Source: an uncultured Acidobacteriota bacterium (lineage in GTDB: Bacteria > Acidobacteriota > Vicinamibacteria > Vicinamibacterales > CAVVIG01). From it: a DNA stretch of 64,000 bases. Below the pieces are notes generated by a model. It did no database searches and was not told where the DNA came from. It saw nothing but the letters and a program-made list of their open reading frames with translations. The stretch is taken from NCBI GenBank assembly GCA_963695635.1, contig CAVOHK010000005.1, positions 135,078 through 199,077 on the forward strand, given 5' to 3'. Of the stretch, positions 30,325 through 40,391 are shown one piece after another; the first letter of the stretch is position 1; every line of letters starts with the position of its first letter. The position numbers were made by a program, and so were the translations under genes.

Positions 30325-31335
30325 ATGACACCGTGGCTGCTCGACCCCGACAACTCGACCGAAATCGCACGTTACCTGATCGCTCACCGCCTGTTGCACG
30401 ACGCGGCGTTGCCGGTGACGCTCACTCGCGCTGGTGCCGGCAACATGAATCTGACGCTGCGCGTTACCACGGCCGACGGACACACCGTGATTCTCAAGCA
30501 GGGCAGACCATGGGTGGAAAAGTACCCGCATATTCCGGCGCCGTTCGAGCGGACCATCGTCGAGGCGGCGTTCTATCGAGCCGTGCGCGATGACGTGCCG
30601 GTCGCGTCGCGGATGCCGGCGCTGTTGCACGTTGACGAACCGAACCACGTGATCGCGCTCGAAGACATCGGCGCGGGCGGCGATTGCACGTCGATTTACG
30701 CCGGTGATTCGTTGGCGACTTCGGCGCTTTCTGGTTTACTCGACTGGCTGGCGGGGTTAGCGGCAGTGCGGATCTCGAGTGACGACAGAGCTGTCTTTCA
30801 CAATCGAGCGATGCGCGCGTTGAACCACGAACATATCTTCGAGCTTCCGCTTCGTCCGGCGAATGGCCTCGATCTCGATGCGATTACGCCGGGGCTCGGC
30901 ATTGCCGCACAAGACCTGATCGCAGACGCGCCGTACTGTGAAACGGTCGCGGCGATCGGGCGACGCTACCTGCAAGATGGTCCGTCACTCGTGCATGGCG
31001 ACTTTTTCCCCGGCAGCTGGTTGCGCCAGAAGAGTGGGGTCTTCGTGATTGATCCGGAATTCTGTTTCATGGGCGATGCGGAATTCGACTACGGCGTGTT
31101 GACAGCGCACTTGATCCTTGCGGATGCTCCAGCGTCGCAGCTCGACGCCGTCGCGGCGGCCGTGGCGGCGCGTCGCCTCGACGCGGCGCTGGTCGCCGGC
31201 TATGCCGGCGTCGAAATCATGCGCCGGCTGATCGGCGTCGCGCAGCTGCCGTTGACCGCCGATCTTCCTCGCAAGCGAGCCTGGCTGACGCGTTCACGGC
31301 GGCTGGTGGTCGAACCGAATCGAGGCCTGGCATGA
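30325..31335 (+). CDS. APH-fold phosphotransferase, 5-methylthioribose kinase-like
   Basis: GAGNMNL, ILKQGRPW, LVHGDFFPGS, VIDPEFCFMG, AGVEIMRRLIGVAQ. Confidence 0.78.
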   Translation: MTPWLLDPDNSTEIARYLIAHRLLHDAALPVTLTRAGAGNMNLTLRVTTADGHTVILKQGRPWVEKYPHIPAPFERTIVEAAFYRAVRDDVPVASRMPALLHVDEPNHVIALEDIGAGGDCTSIYAGDSLATSALSGLLDWLAGLAAVRISSDDRAVFHNRAMRALNHEHIFELPLRPANGLDLDAITPGLGIAAQDLIADAPYCETVAAIGRRYLQDGPSLVHGDFFPGSWLRQKSGVFVIDPEFCFMGDAEFDYGVLTAHLILADAPASQLDAVAAAVAARRLDAALVAGYAGVEIMRRLIGVAQLPLTADLPRKRAWLTRSRRLVVEPNRGLA

Positions 31336-32336
31336 GGCGATTGGAATCCGTGGCGCTCGCGATCATTCTCCTTTCCGGACTCGCGCACTCGCCGGCCGCC
31401 GCTCCTCGCGTGGCGGTGTGGATCGATACCGATCCAGCCGTCGGAGAAACCGACCGCGATGTCGACGATGGGTTGGCGCTGATCCAGGCGTTTCACTCTC
31501 CCGAACTGGATATCAAGGGCGTTTCAGTCGTGTTCGGCAACGCCCCGCTCGATCGCGGGCTGCCGATCGCCCAGCGCCTGGTAGGCGATTTTGGTCCGCG
31601 CGGGCTGAAGGTGTACGGCGGGGCCGATGCCGCCGCCGATCCACCGGTCGAGACCGATGCCAGCAGGGCGATCGCCGCGGCGCTGCGGCAGGCGCCACTC
31701 ACGATTCTCGCGCTCGGACCGATGACCAACGTGGCGGCGGTGCTGGTTCGCCATCCCGATCTGGCGTCGCGGATTACACGGGTGGTCGCTGTTGCCGGTC
31801 GGCGCCCGGGACAGCGTTTCACCACCGGAACGACGAACCCGCAAGGCCATCGCGATTTCAATTTCGAGCTCGATCCACGCGGCTTTCAGACGCTGTTCGA
31901 CTCGCAAGTCGAAATCGTGCTGGCACCGTTCGAGATCTCATCGAAGGTCTGGATTCAGGCTGGCGATCTCGATCGGCTGGCTGCCTCGCCGTCCGCCGCC
32001 GCTCGCTCGCTGGTTGCCCCTTCGCGCGCATGGTTGGCGCTCTGGTCGCGGCTGTTTGGCGTCGATGGCTTCAATCCGTTCGACACGCTCGCGGTCGCCT
32101 ATGCCGTATCCGCGCAGGGCTTCGCTTGTGAAGTGCTGCCGGCGCGGATCGACACGCTGCCGGACGATGTGACCGAACCGGGCGTGCAGGGCACTCGCGT
32201 CGAACGCAAACCCTACTTACTTGCGGCTCGGAACCTGGCCGACGCACGCGCGCGCGTCACCTATTGCTCGGCGGCACCGCCTGGCTTCAAGGCCGATCTC
32301 CTGTCCCGACTGATGGCGGCAGCGCCGGCGCGATGA
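31332..32336 (+). CDS. Nucleoside hydrolase, IU-NH family, with signal peptide
   Basis: WIDTDP...DVDDGLAL, VVFGN, LGPMTNVA, FNFELDP, NPFD. Confidence 0.85.
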   Translation: MRRLESVALAIILLSGLAHSPAAAPRVAVWIDTDPAVGETDRDVDDGLALIQAFHSPELDIKGVSVVFGNAPLDRGLPIAQRLVGDFGPRGLKVYGGADAAADPPVETDASRAIAAALRQAPLTILALGPMTNVAAVLVRHPDLASRITRVVAVAGRRPGQRFTTGTTNPQGHRDFNFELDPRGFQTLFDSQVEIVLAPFEISSKVWIQAGDLDRLAASPSAAARSLVAPSRAWLALWSRLFGVDGFNPFDTLAVAYAVSAQGFACEVLPARIDTLPDDVTEPGVQGTRVERKPYLLAARNLADARARVTYCSAAPPGFKADLLSRLMAAAPAR

Positions 32337-33145
32337 TTACCGCACGTTGTGCTGCAATCGTTCTGGCTACCGCCTTCGTCTCGGTTCTGGCTGACTTCGA
32401 TCACACCTACGCCGCGTACGACCGCGTACTACGCAGCGCTGTCTTGCCGCCGCGCGTGAACTATGCGGCGTTGACGCGTGATCGCACCGCACTCGACGCC
32501 GCGGTGGCCACCGTCAACAGTGCCGGTACCGTTGAGGAACGCTCGTGGAGTCGTGCCGAGCGGATCGCGTTCTGGATCAATGCCTACAACCTCTTTACGC
32601 TTCGCGCGATCGTCGATCACTACCCGATTCGTTCCCACTGGTTCACGCTGCAGCCGCGCAACAGTATTCGTCAGGTCGACGGCGTCTGGACGACATTGAA
32701 GTGGCAGGCGGCCGGTCGAACACTCACACTCGACGACATCGAGCATCGGATTCTGCGCCCGGAGTTCAAGGATCCGCGGGTGCACTTCGCCATCAACTGC
32801 GCCTCGATTTCCTGTCCGCCGCTCCAGGCCGAGCCCTATCGCGCCGCGGCACTGGAAGCGCAGCTCGATGCGGCTGCCCGCCGTTACCTGGCCAGTGCCG
32901 AAGGATTACGAGCTGACGGGAACGCTCTACGGGTGTCGAGTATTTTCAAATGGTACGGCAACGATTTCGTCGAGCGGTTTGCCGACGATGCGCTGCCGGG
33001 CGCGGATCGCGTCGAGCGTGCGATTCGCGGCGTCGTGATCCAGTTCGGCCCGGGTGCAGCGGCGGCGGTGGCACGAAACCCCGCCGCGCGCCTCACCTTC
33101 CTCGATTACAACTGGTCGCTCAACGACGTCCCGCCGTCGTCGTAA
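32333..33145 (+). CDS. DUF547 domain protein
   Basis: AFWINAYN, LDDIEHRILR, DPRVHFAINCASISCP, SSIFKWY. Confidence 0.85.
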   Translation: MITARCAAIVLATAFVSVLADFDHTYAAYDRVLRSAVLPPRVNYAALTRDRTALDAAVATVNSAGTVEERSWSRAERIAFWINAYNLFTLRAIVDHYPIRSHWFTLQPRNSIRQVDGVWTTLKWQAAGRTLTLDDIEHRILRPEFKDPRVHFAINCASISCPPLQAEPYRAAALEAQLDAAARRYLASAEGLRADGNALRVSSIFKWYGNDFVERFADDALPGADRVERAIRGVVIQFGPGAAAAVARNPAARLTFLDYNWSLNDVPPSS

Positions 33146-34664
33146 TGGCGCGCGGCTTGGCCGCGTCGCATTCCTCTAACCAGGTCTTGGTGTGGTCGTC
33201 TGGTTTCTCGGCGGCAGTCTGGGTGCGGTAAACCGCGCCGCAGTCGATTACCTTCTGGCCGTGGCTGATGGCTTCGAACAGCAACGTGTCGCCCGAAATC
33301 TGCACGATCATGAAGTGATGTTCCGAGACGCCGGTCGCGTCGAACTCACTCGGACGGAACCGATACAGATATCGCCCGCCGCCGCCGGATACGAAATGGG
33401 TGATCCCTTTCTGGGGTCTGATCCGTTCATAGAGGTGCTCGTGGCCGCTGAAGGCGACGTTGACGTGATTGCGGACCAACGCTGGTTCGAACGCCGGGCG
33501 AATGACGTCGCGACCTTCGGCGGCGTGCTGCCCTGACGAATAGAGCGGGTGGTGGAAAAACGCGATCCGCCATTTGTCGCCGGCGTCGGCGAACACTTCG
33601 TCGAGCCATTTCAGCTGCGCCTGGTCGTTGGGCCGGTTGCTGTTCAACGCGGCGAAACGGATGTTGTCTTCGTCGAACGAGTAGTGATCCTTGTCGCCCA
33701 TGTTGAACGGCTTGAAGTGCTGTTGCAGGTCGCGGTCATGGTTGCCGAGGGCCGCGTAAAACTTGACGCCGCGGTCGAGCAACGGCTTGTACGGCACCAG
33801 GAACTCATCTTCGTAATCGTCGTGATAGAGGTTATCGCCGAGCATCAGCACGAATGGAAAATGGCGCGCGGTGTCGAAATAGGTGAGCATGGCCTTCGCG
33901 ACCTGCTCTTGCGCGACGTCGCCCGAGCCGCTATCGCCCATCAAGGCGAAGATGGTCGCGCCTCGCGTATCGGGCATCGGCAGCGGAGAGGTGGCTGCGC
34001 CCTGAATTTTAGCCGGCGGCGCTGCGGGCGGCGCACTGGTCTGGGGTGCGGGCAGGACATCGGTGAGATAGTCGACGACCACGTCCGCATCGACGTCGCG
34101 TAAGATCAGCGTCCGGCCTGAGAAGTCGTATTCCAACTGCTTGGGTAGCGGCGGTAGGACATCGATCAGGCGCGGTGGCACGCGCGGCGCTTTCATCGTC
34201 TGGTTGATGTGTGGCGCCCCCGGCTTGCCGTCGCCCTCCGCCTGTTCAGCCAGTTCGTCGAGGATCAGCGAACGGCGTTCGGTTTTCAGCACGGCGTCGA
34301 TCTGACTCTTGATGGCGCTTGCAGTTGGGCGCGTGAAAATCGCGCCAGGCTGCGCGCCGGGACGAATGGTGGTCCGCAAGGCGTCGGCGAGCGACACTTG
34401 ACGCGTGCGCACTGCAGACGCGGCATTCTGGCCGGTCTTTGGTGTGGTTTCGCTTTTTCCCGGCTCCTTCTCTTGGTTTTCGGCTGCGGTCTTTCGATAC
34501 TGCTGGGTTTGATCGATGTATGTCTGGAGCGCCGCGCGGAAGGGATCGAAGGTTGGATCAGGCTGCGCGGGCGCTTGCGCAGGCGGCATTGTCGGGCCGC
34601 ACGCCAGCGAACAGACCAGCAGCAGGAGAGATCCAACGATTGAAGCGACGGACGACTTGATCAT
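33120..34664 (-). CDS. Lipoprotein with C-terminal calcineurin-like metallophosphoesterase
   Basis: Lipobox SLAC; GDSG, GDNLY, GNHD, FHHP, GHEH. Confidence 0.85.
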   Translation of the reverse strand: MIKSSVASIVGSLLLLVCSLACGPTMPPAQAPAQPDPTFDPFRAALQTYIDQTQQYRKTAAENQEKEPGKSETTPKTGQNAASAVRTRQVSLADALRTTIRPGAQPGAIFTRPTASAIKSQIDAVLKTERRSLILDELAEQAEGDGKPGAPHINQTMKAPRVPPRLIDVLPPLPKQLEYDFSGRTLILRDVDADVVVDYLTDVLPAPQTSAPPAAPPAKIQGAATSPLPMPDTRGATIFALMGDSGSGDVAQEQVAKAMLTYFDTARHFPFVLMLGDNLYHDDYEDEFLVPYKPLLDRGVKFYAALGNHDRDLQQHFKPFNMGDKDHYSFDEDNIRFAALNSNRPNDQAQLKWLDEVFADAGDKWRIAFFHHPLYSSGQHAAEGRDVIRPAFEPALVRNHVNVAFSGHEHLYERIRPQKGITHFVSGGGGRYLYRFRPSEFDATGVSEHHFMIVQISGDTLLFEAISHGQKVIDCGAVYRTQTAAEKPDDHTKTWLEECDAAKPRAITTTAGRR

Positions 34665-34737
34665 GACTGTTAGGAAAACGCAAACACCATTCCGACAAAG
34701 TCGCGGCTACGGCTCAGTCTTGAGGTATCATTTACGT

Positions 34738-34763
34738 AATACTGAGATTCAGTCTCAATATCA
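34738..34763. promoter_or_regulatory. Second Fur-like operator, upstream of the desaturase
   Basis: AATACTGAGATTCAGTCTCAATATCA, 24/26 identical to 18725-18750. Confidence 0.7.
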
Positions 34764-34777
34764 GCTATACCTCAACA

Positions 34778-35533
34778 ATGTTTGATTGGCTCAACGCCCA
34801 TGCGCCGCTGGCCGGCGCGCCAGTTCTCTTCTACGTTCTGATGGCGCTCGTCGACACGCACATCACAACCGCGTGCGTGACGCTTTACCTCCATCGCTGC
34901 CAGACGCATCGCAGCATCGCGTTCCACCCGGTCGTCGCGCATTTCATGCGCGCCTGGCTGTGGATGCGCACCGCGATGCCGACCCAGGAGTGGGTGGCGG
35001 TGCATCGTTGCCATCACGCGCATGTCGACACCGACGAGGACCCGCACAGCCCGATCGTCTACGGCATCTGGCGCGTCGTGGTGTTCGGCACCGCCCTGTA
35101 TCACAAGGCCGCCCATAACGAGGCGGTGATCGCCCAATACGGCAAGGGGACGCCCGACGACTGGCTCGAGCATCGCCTCTACTCGCCGATCAGCCTGCTC
35201 GGTCCGGTGGTGACACTGATCACCAACGCGTTGATTTTCGGAACCGCCGGCTTGTGGATGTGGCTGATCGAGATGGCGTGGATTCCGTTCTTCGCCGCCG
35301 GCGTGATCAACGGCCTCGGCCACTGGTGGGGTTATCGAAATTTCGATACGCCTGACCAGTCGCGGAACCTGCCGAACCACATCTGGGCGATTCTGACCTG
35401 CGGTGAAGCGCTGCATAACAATCATCACCACATCCAGAACTCGGCGAAGTTCTCGATGGCGCGAGGTGAAATCGATCTCGGGTACTACTACTTCTGTTTC
35501 CTGCGGACGCTCGGCCTCGCCTCCGCTCGGTAA
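34778..35533 (+). CDS. Membrane fatty-acid (delta-9-type) desaturase
   Basis: His boxes HRCQTH, HRCHH, HNNHH; DPHSP. Confidence 0.9.
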   Translation: MFDWLNAHAPLAGAPVLFYVLMALVDTHITTACVTLYLHRCQTHRSIAFHPVVAHFMRAWLWMRTAMPTQEWVAVHRCHHAHVDTDEDPHSPIVYGIWRVVVFGTALYHKAAHNEAVIAQYGKGTPDDWLEHRLYSPISLLGPVVTLITNALIFGTAGLWMWLIEMAWIPFFAAGVINGLGHWWGYRNFDTPDQSRNLPNHIWAILTCGEALHNNHHHIQNSAKFSMARGEIDLGYYYFCFLRTLGLASAR

Positions 35534-35538
35534 GAATT

Positions 35539-35606
35539 CAGAACGCAGAGCACGCCGAGAACGCCGAGTAGCATTGCTCGGCGCGCTCCGCGCTCTCGGC
35601 GTTCTG
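35539..35606. repeat. REP-like 3x9-mer inverted element, copy 1
   Basis: AACGCAGAG CACGCCGAG AACGCCGAG -8nt- CTCGGCGCG CTCCGCGCT CTCGGCGTT. Confidence 0.9.
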
Positions 35607-35645
35607 TCTTTCGGCTAGAATGCCGGGCAGGGAGGACTCATTCGA

Positions 35646-36056
35646 ATGCGAAATTATCTGTCCGCGCTGGCGATTGCCGCAGCAGCCGTTATGACGGTCA
35701 TGGCCGCGGAAAAGCCGCCGGAAGCTCACGTCAAATTAATGAAAGACACCAACGCCACGGCGACCGCGCTGCGCGGCCACGTCCAGGCGAAGGATTACGA
35801 CGCGATTGCCGCTGACGCCGCGACGCTCAAGACGATGTTTGCGGATATCGAGAAGTTCTGGACGCCGCGCAAGACCGAAGACGCGATCGGGTTCGCCAAG
35901 GCCGGCGCGAAGGGCGCGGCCGACCTCGAAACCGCCGCCAAGGCGAAGAACGAAGAAGGCGTTGCGGCCGCTGCCCGCGCCGTCAACGGCACGTGTATGG
36001 GCTGCCACACTGCGCACCGCGAACGCCTGCCAGACGGCTCCTCTGAAATCAAGTAA
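35646..36056 (+). CDS. Cytochrome c'-like class II cytochrome c
   Basis: Signal peptide, Ala-rich helices, C-terminal CMGCH; TAGAAT and GGAGG upstream. Confidence 0.85.
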   Translation: MRNYLSALAIAAAAVMTVMAAEKPPEAHVKLMKDTNATATALRGHVQAKDYDAIAADAATLKTMFADIEKFWTPRKTEDAIGFAKAGAKGAADLETAAKAKNEEGVAAAARAVNGTCMGCHTAHRERLPDGSSEIK

Positions 36057-36075
36057 AGACGAAACGTCAAAATCG

Positions 36076-36148
36076 AACGCCGAGTCCGCAGAGGCCGCCG
36101 AGTTTTTTGTGGACTCGATTCCTCAGCGAGCTCGGCGATCTCGGCGTT
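36076..36148. repeat. REP-like 3x9-mer inverted element, copy 2
   Basis: AACGCCGAG TCCGCAGAG GCCGCCGAG -19nt- CTCAGCGAG CTCGGCGAT CTCGGCGTT. Confidence 0.9.
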
Positions 36149-36160
36149 GGATCTTACCGC

Positions 36161-36580
36161 TTACTGAATCGTGATGCTGCCCTTCATTGCCTGCACCTGA
36201 TCCTGTAAATGATCGTGGAAGCCGCAACGGCGCGCCGTGTTCAGGTTGCCGCTCTGCCGGCTCTGCCCGACTTCGAGATTGCCGACCTGATTCAGTTCTG
36301 GACAGTCGGTATGCTCCGGATGCGGGTCCGACGTCATCTCGTGCCGGCGTGTATCGGAGTTGACGAACGTCACCTGGGTGCCGCGCGGCACGGTGATGTT
36401 CTGCGGACAGACCGAGTTGTTCGAAATCGTGATCGTCGTCGAGGTGGACGGTGCGGTACACGCCGTTGAACCGGAACCGATCGTCGGCGTTCCGGGATTC
36501 GAGGAGCCGCTTCCGCCGCAGGCGATCGCCGCGGCGAGCAGGGCGGCGGATGCGGCGCAAATCAGGCGTGATCGGCGCAT
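36161..36580 (-). CDS. Cupredoxin-like lipoprotein
   Basis: Lipobox AIAC; PQNITVPRGTQVTFVNSD..HEM; CGFHDH...MKGSITI. Confidence 0.78.
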   Translation of the reverse strand: MRRSRLICAASAALLAAAIACGGSGSSNPGTPTIGSGSTACTAPSTSTTITISNNSVCPQNITVPRGTQVTFVNSDTRRHEMTSDPHPEHTDCPELNQVGNLEVGQSRQSGNLNTARRCGFHDHLQDQVQAMKGSITIQ

Positions 36581-36581
36581 T

Positions 36582-37950
36582 CTAGGACTCCAGTCGGTAC
36601 TTGGCCAGATAGTATGAGAGCGCGCGCTGACTGATTCCCATCAGCTCCGCGGCGTCTTTTTTGACACCGCCGGCGTTTTCGAGGGCGCGGCGGATTGTTT
36701 CGCGTTCAACCCACTCGATATTCTGCCGCAGTTTCAGGGACGGCAAGCCGGTGGCTTGCGGCGTCGCGGCGCCGAGGACCGAAATCGCCCGTGTGGTAAT
36801 CGCTGGTCCGGCAGACAGCACCACCGCCCGCTCGATGGTGTTTTCCAGCTCGCGGACGTTGCCCGGCCAGTCGGTACTGCTGCAATCCGGTCAGCACTCC
36901 ATCTTCCATCCCGGTCACACGGCGGCCGGTGCGCTGGGCGTGCTTCTGAACGAAATGATCGACCAGCGCGGGGATGTCGTCACGGCGCTCGCGCAGCGGC
37001 GGAATTTCAATCGGGATCACATTCAGCCGGTAGAACAGATCTTCCTGAAACTTGCCGTCGGCCACCATTTGTCGAAGGTCGCGATTGGTGGCGGCAATCA
37101 CCCGCACGTCGATTTTTTCGGTGCGCTCCGAGCCGAGCGGCTCGATTTCCCGCTCCTGCAGCACCCGCAACAGTTTCGACTGCAGCGTCGGATTCATCGT
37201 GCCGATTTCGTCGAGGAAGATCGTGCCGCCGTCGGCCAGCGCGAATTTGCCTTTCTTGGTATTGGTCGCTCCGGTGAACGCGCCGCGGATGTGGCCGAAC
37301 AGTTCTGATTCGAGCAGCGTCTCGGGAATTGCCGCGCAGTTGACTTTGATCAGCGGCATGTCGCGCTGCGCGCTGCGATCGTGAATCGCGCGAGCCACCA
37401 GTTCCTTGCCGGTGCCGGTCTCGCCGGTAATCAACACCGTGCTCTTGGTGTCGGCGACCAGTTCGGCGCGCTGGATCACCTCCTGCATCGCCCGGCTGCG
37501 GCCGATGATGCCGTAATGATCGAATTGCTCGTCGCGTTCGTTGCGCAGGTAGCCGTATTCGCTGCGGAGGCGCTGGTGGTCGAGCGCGCGCCGGACTACC
37601 ACCAGGAGTTCGTCGATCTCAAACGGTTTCTGGAGGTAGTCGAGGGCGCCGAGCTTCATCGCTTCGATCGCGCTCTCCACGGTGGCGTGCGCCGTCATCA
37701 GCAGAATCTGCGGCCGCTCGTTCTCCGGTACCGTGCCGACGTACTCGCGGATCAAGTCCAGGCCGTTGAGTTCCGGCATGACGTTGTCGATCACGACCAC
37801 GTCGAACGGCCGCTCCGCGAGCAGGCGCTGCGCTTGCCGCGGCGACGTCGTTTCGGTGACCGCATGGCCGGCATCGCGCAGCGACCGGCCGAGCGCCTTC
37901 AAAATCTTCTCTTCGTCGTCGACGAGCAGGATGGCGCCGCGGTGCGTCAT
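36582..37950 (-). CDS. Sigma54-dependent response regulator (NtrC/AtoC type); indel near 36875
   Basis: [44 protein letters not shown] and HTH in a second frame. Confidence 0.92.
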
Positions 37951-39689
37951 GCGACGGGAAGCTCGATGCGCAGTTCGGTGCCGTAGCCGCTGGTACTGGT
38001 GACGGCAATCGAGCCGCCCAGACCTTCGACAATGTTCTTGGCGATCGGCAGGCCGAGCCCGGTGCCGCCGCGTTTGGTCGTGAAGTAGGGGTCGAAAACA
38101 TGGGCCAGGGCCGCGGGCTCGATGCCGACGCCGCGATCGGCGATGGTCAGCGTCACCCGGTCGCCGGCCGCCTCGCTCTTCAAAGTGACCGGGGTGTTGG
38201 GATTGGTGCCGTTCACCGCGTGTCGCGCGTTCACCAGCATGTTGATCAGCGCTATCCGCAACCGTTCGGCGTCGGTCTTGACAGTGGCGACCGCCGGATC
38301 GAGCGCGAGCGTGATCTCTGCGCCCGGTCCCGATGCCTGCGCCGCCGTCGCTGCGGCGCGGCACAGGTCGTTCAAATCGACGTCCGCGCGCTCGAACGCA
38401 ATCGGCCGCGCAAAATCGAGAACTTCGTTCACGATGCGGTTGAGCCGGCTGACCTCTTCGTCGATGTCTTTCACCGCCTCGTGCAGGCGCGCGCTGTCGA
38501 CGTCCGGCCGTCGCAACTCATGCAGCGCGGCCTTGATGATCATCAGTGGATTGCGCACTTCGTGCGCGATGACCGTTGACAACCGGCCCAACGAGGTGAG
38601 GCGCTCTTTCTGCGACATTTCGCGCTGGATTCGAGAGATTGAATCGGTCAGCGTGTTGAAGGTAGTGGCCAGCAACCGCGCATCGTCGTCGTCCCAGCGG
38701 TTACGGTGACGGAGAGCGATCTTGCGCGTCAGGTCTCCGGTGGTGGCTACTTCGCGCATCACGTCGGTAATCGCCGCCAGCGGCCGCGCGATCGTGCGCG
38801 CGACGCCGTAGCTGACCAGCACCGCGAGTAGCACCGCGACTACCGCGGTCAATGCCAGTCCGGCGTGAATCGATTGCAGCGAGCGCAATTGTTCGGTGCG
38901 CGAGCGCAGCATCAACACCATTGGGCCGGACGGCACCGTCGGCGCGTCGGCGCGTGAGGTCAGCGGACGTGGCAGCACGACGTACTCCTCGCCGCCAATC
39001 ACGACGCGCGACGGCTCGGTGGTCCGCAACCGTCCGGCGAGCGCTTCGGAACGGTCGCGCGGCAGCGTTCCCGCGAGGATCTGCCCCGACATACCGAAGG
39101 CGATGTCGCTGCCGGTGATCTTTTTCAGCTGCTGCGCCAGCGCATCGTCGAGCAGAAATCCGGCGCTCAACGTGCCCAGGACCTCGTGGCGCGGCCGCTC
39201 GAGGACGACCGGCACGGTGACGACCTGAAGAATCCCGTTCGGTTGCGGCAACAGGCTGACGGTTTCTTTGCCAGCGAGGGCTTCCTGAATCGCCGGCTGA
39301 TGCGCGGCGATCGCCGCCGCGCGCGGCGAGCCGCCAGCCGAGTAGAGGACCTGACCTTTGCGATTGGTAATCAGTACCAGGCTGGCGTTCAGCTGTGTCT
39401 GATAACTGCCGGCCGGCTCCTTCACCGTGTCGGGATCGTCGGTCGTCATTGCCGCTTTGAGCATTGGTACGTCGGCGATGAACCGTGCCATCAGTGCGAA
39501 GGTCTGGGTGCGTTCGGCGCGCAATTGATCGACTTGCGCGGCGGTCGTGATGATTTCCCGTTCCAGCGTCCGTTCCGCTTCTTCAGTGACGCGCTGGTTG
39601 ACGAGATAGACCGCGATGACGATGCAGAGCATCGCGAGCAAGGCACTCGCCAGGAAGATCCGGCTTTGCAGCGATGACAGGAGCTTCAT
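37947..39689 (-). CDS. Sensor histidine kinase (periplasmic domain, HAMP)
   Basis: Two TM segments, [30 protein letters not shown]. Confidence 0.93.
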   Translation of the reverse strand: MKLLSSLQSRIFLASALLAMLCIVIAVYLVNQRVTEEAERTLEREIITTAAQVDQLRAERTQTFALMARFIADVPMLKAAMTTDDPDTVKEPAGSYQTQLNASLVLITNRKGQVLYSAGGSPRAAAIAAHQPAIQEALAGKETVSLLPQPNGILQVVTVPVVLERPRHEVLGTLSAGFLLDDALAQQLKKITGSDIAFGMSGQILAGTLPRDRSEALAGRLRTTEPSRVVIGGEEYVVLPRPLTSRADAPTVPSGPMVLMLRSRTEQLRSLQSIHAGLALTAVVAVLLAVLVSYGVARTIARPLAAITDVMREVATTGDLTRKIALRHRNRWDDDDARLLATTFNTLTDSISRIQREMSQKERLTSLGRLSTVIAHEVRNPLMIIKAALHELRRPDVDSARLHEAVKDIDEEVSRLNRIVNEVLDFARPIAFERADVDLNDLCRAAATAAQASGPGAEITLALDPAVATVKTDAERLRIALINMLVNARHAVNGTNPNTPVTLKSEAAGDRVTLTIADRGVGIEPAALAHVFDPYFTTKRGGTGLGLPIAKNIVEGLGGSIAVTSTSGYGTELRIELPVA

Positions 39690-40387
39690 CGGATCGAGAA
39701 ATCCTGCTCGGCCGCGCCGCCGTCGGCGACCAGGACCGGCTTGGCTTCCGACGCGGTCCCTTCATTCCACGCCACGACGTTGTACGAACCGGGCGGAATA
39801 TTGTCGATGCGATAGCGTCCCTCCTGATCGGTCAAGGTGAAGAAGGGATGGCTGAACACCAGGATGTACGCGTTCATATGTGAATGGATGTCGCAAAACA
39901 CTCGCACGATTCCCGGTTTGTCGAAGCGGATCGATCGGAAGCGGCCGGCTGGATAGCGGCCGAGATCGAAGCGCGCCGGCTTCGAAAGCGAAAACACGTT
40001 GTGATAGAACTTGTCCGAGTTCGGGAAGTCGACCGTCGTGCCCGTCATGATCGCGAGCACGTGCGGCACGAACGTTTCGTTGCGCTGATCCATCACCGCA
40101 TGGCCCGACTCGCCCGATTCGAACGCGCCGCGCGGCGCCGACTCGAGATACACCACCGAGCGCAGCAGGTCGGGAAGGTCGCGAGGCTCAGCCGCGCCCA
40201 GATCGGCGATGCCTGGTCGACGATCCAGGGCGACTGCTGGACGCTTCACCTCGACGCGACCGCGGACTGAGCCCGGGCGAGCGGACTGCAGTTGCATGTG
40301 TTCGGACGCGACCAGAAACAACAAAAGCAGCACGAAGGACACCCCGGGTACGAAGGACACAAAGGAGAACCGCGTTTGCGTACCCAT
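39686..40387 (-). CDS. Exported cupredoxin-like/carboxypeptidase-regulatory-like protein; start uncertain
   Basis: MDQRNETFVPHVL, FPNSDKFYHNVFS, FCDIHSHM, GRYRIDNIPPGSY. Confidence 0.8.
   Translation of the reverse strand: MGTQTRFSFVSFVPGVSFVLLLLFLVASEHMQLQSARPGSVRGRVEVKRPAVALDRRPGIADLGAAEPRDLPDLLRSVVYLESAPRGAFESGESGHAVMDQRNETFVPHVLAIMTGTTVDFPNSDKFYHNVFSLSKPARFDLGRYPAGRFRSIRFDKPGIVRVFCDIHSHMNAYILVFSHPFFTLTDQEGRYRIDNIPPGSYNVVAWNEGTASEAKPVLVADGGAAEQDFSIR
40329..40364. repeat. Four 9-mers of the GACACRAAG family, half element
   Basis: AGCACGAAG GACACCCCG GGTACGAAG GACACAAAG. Confidence 0.7.
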
Positions 40388-40391
40388 TGAA

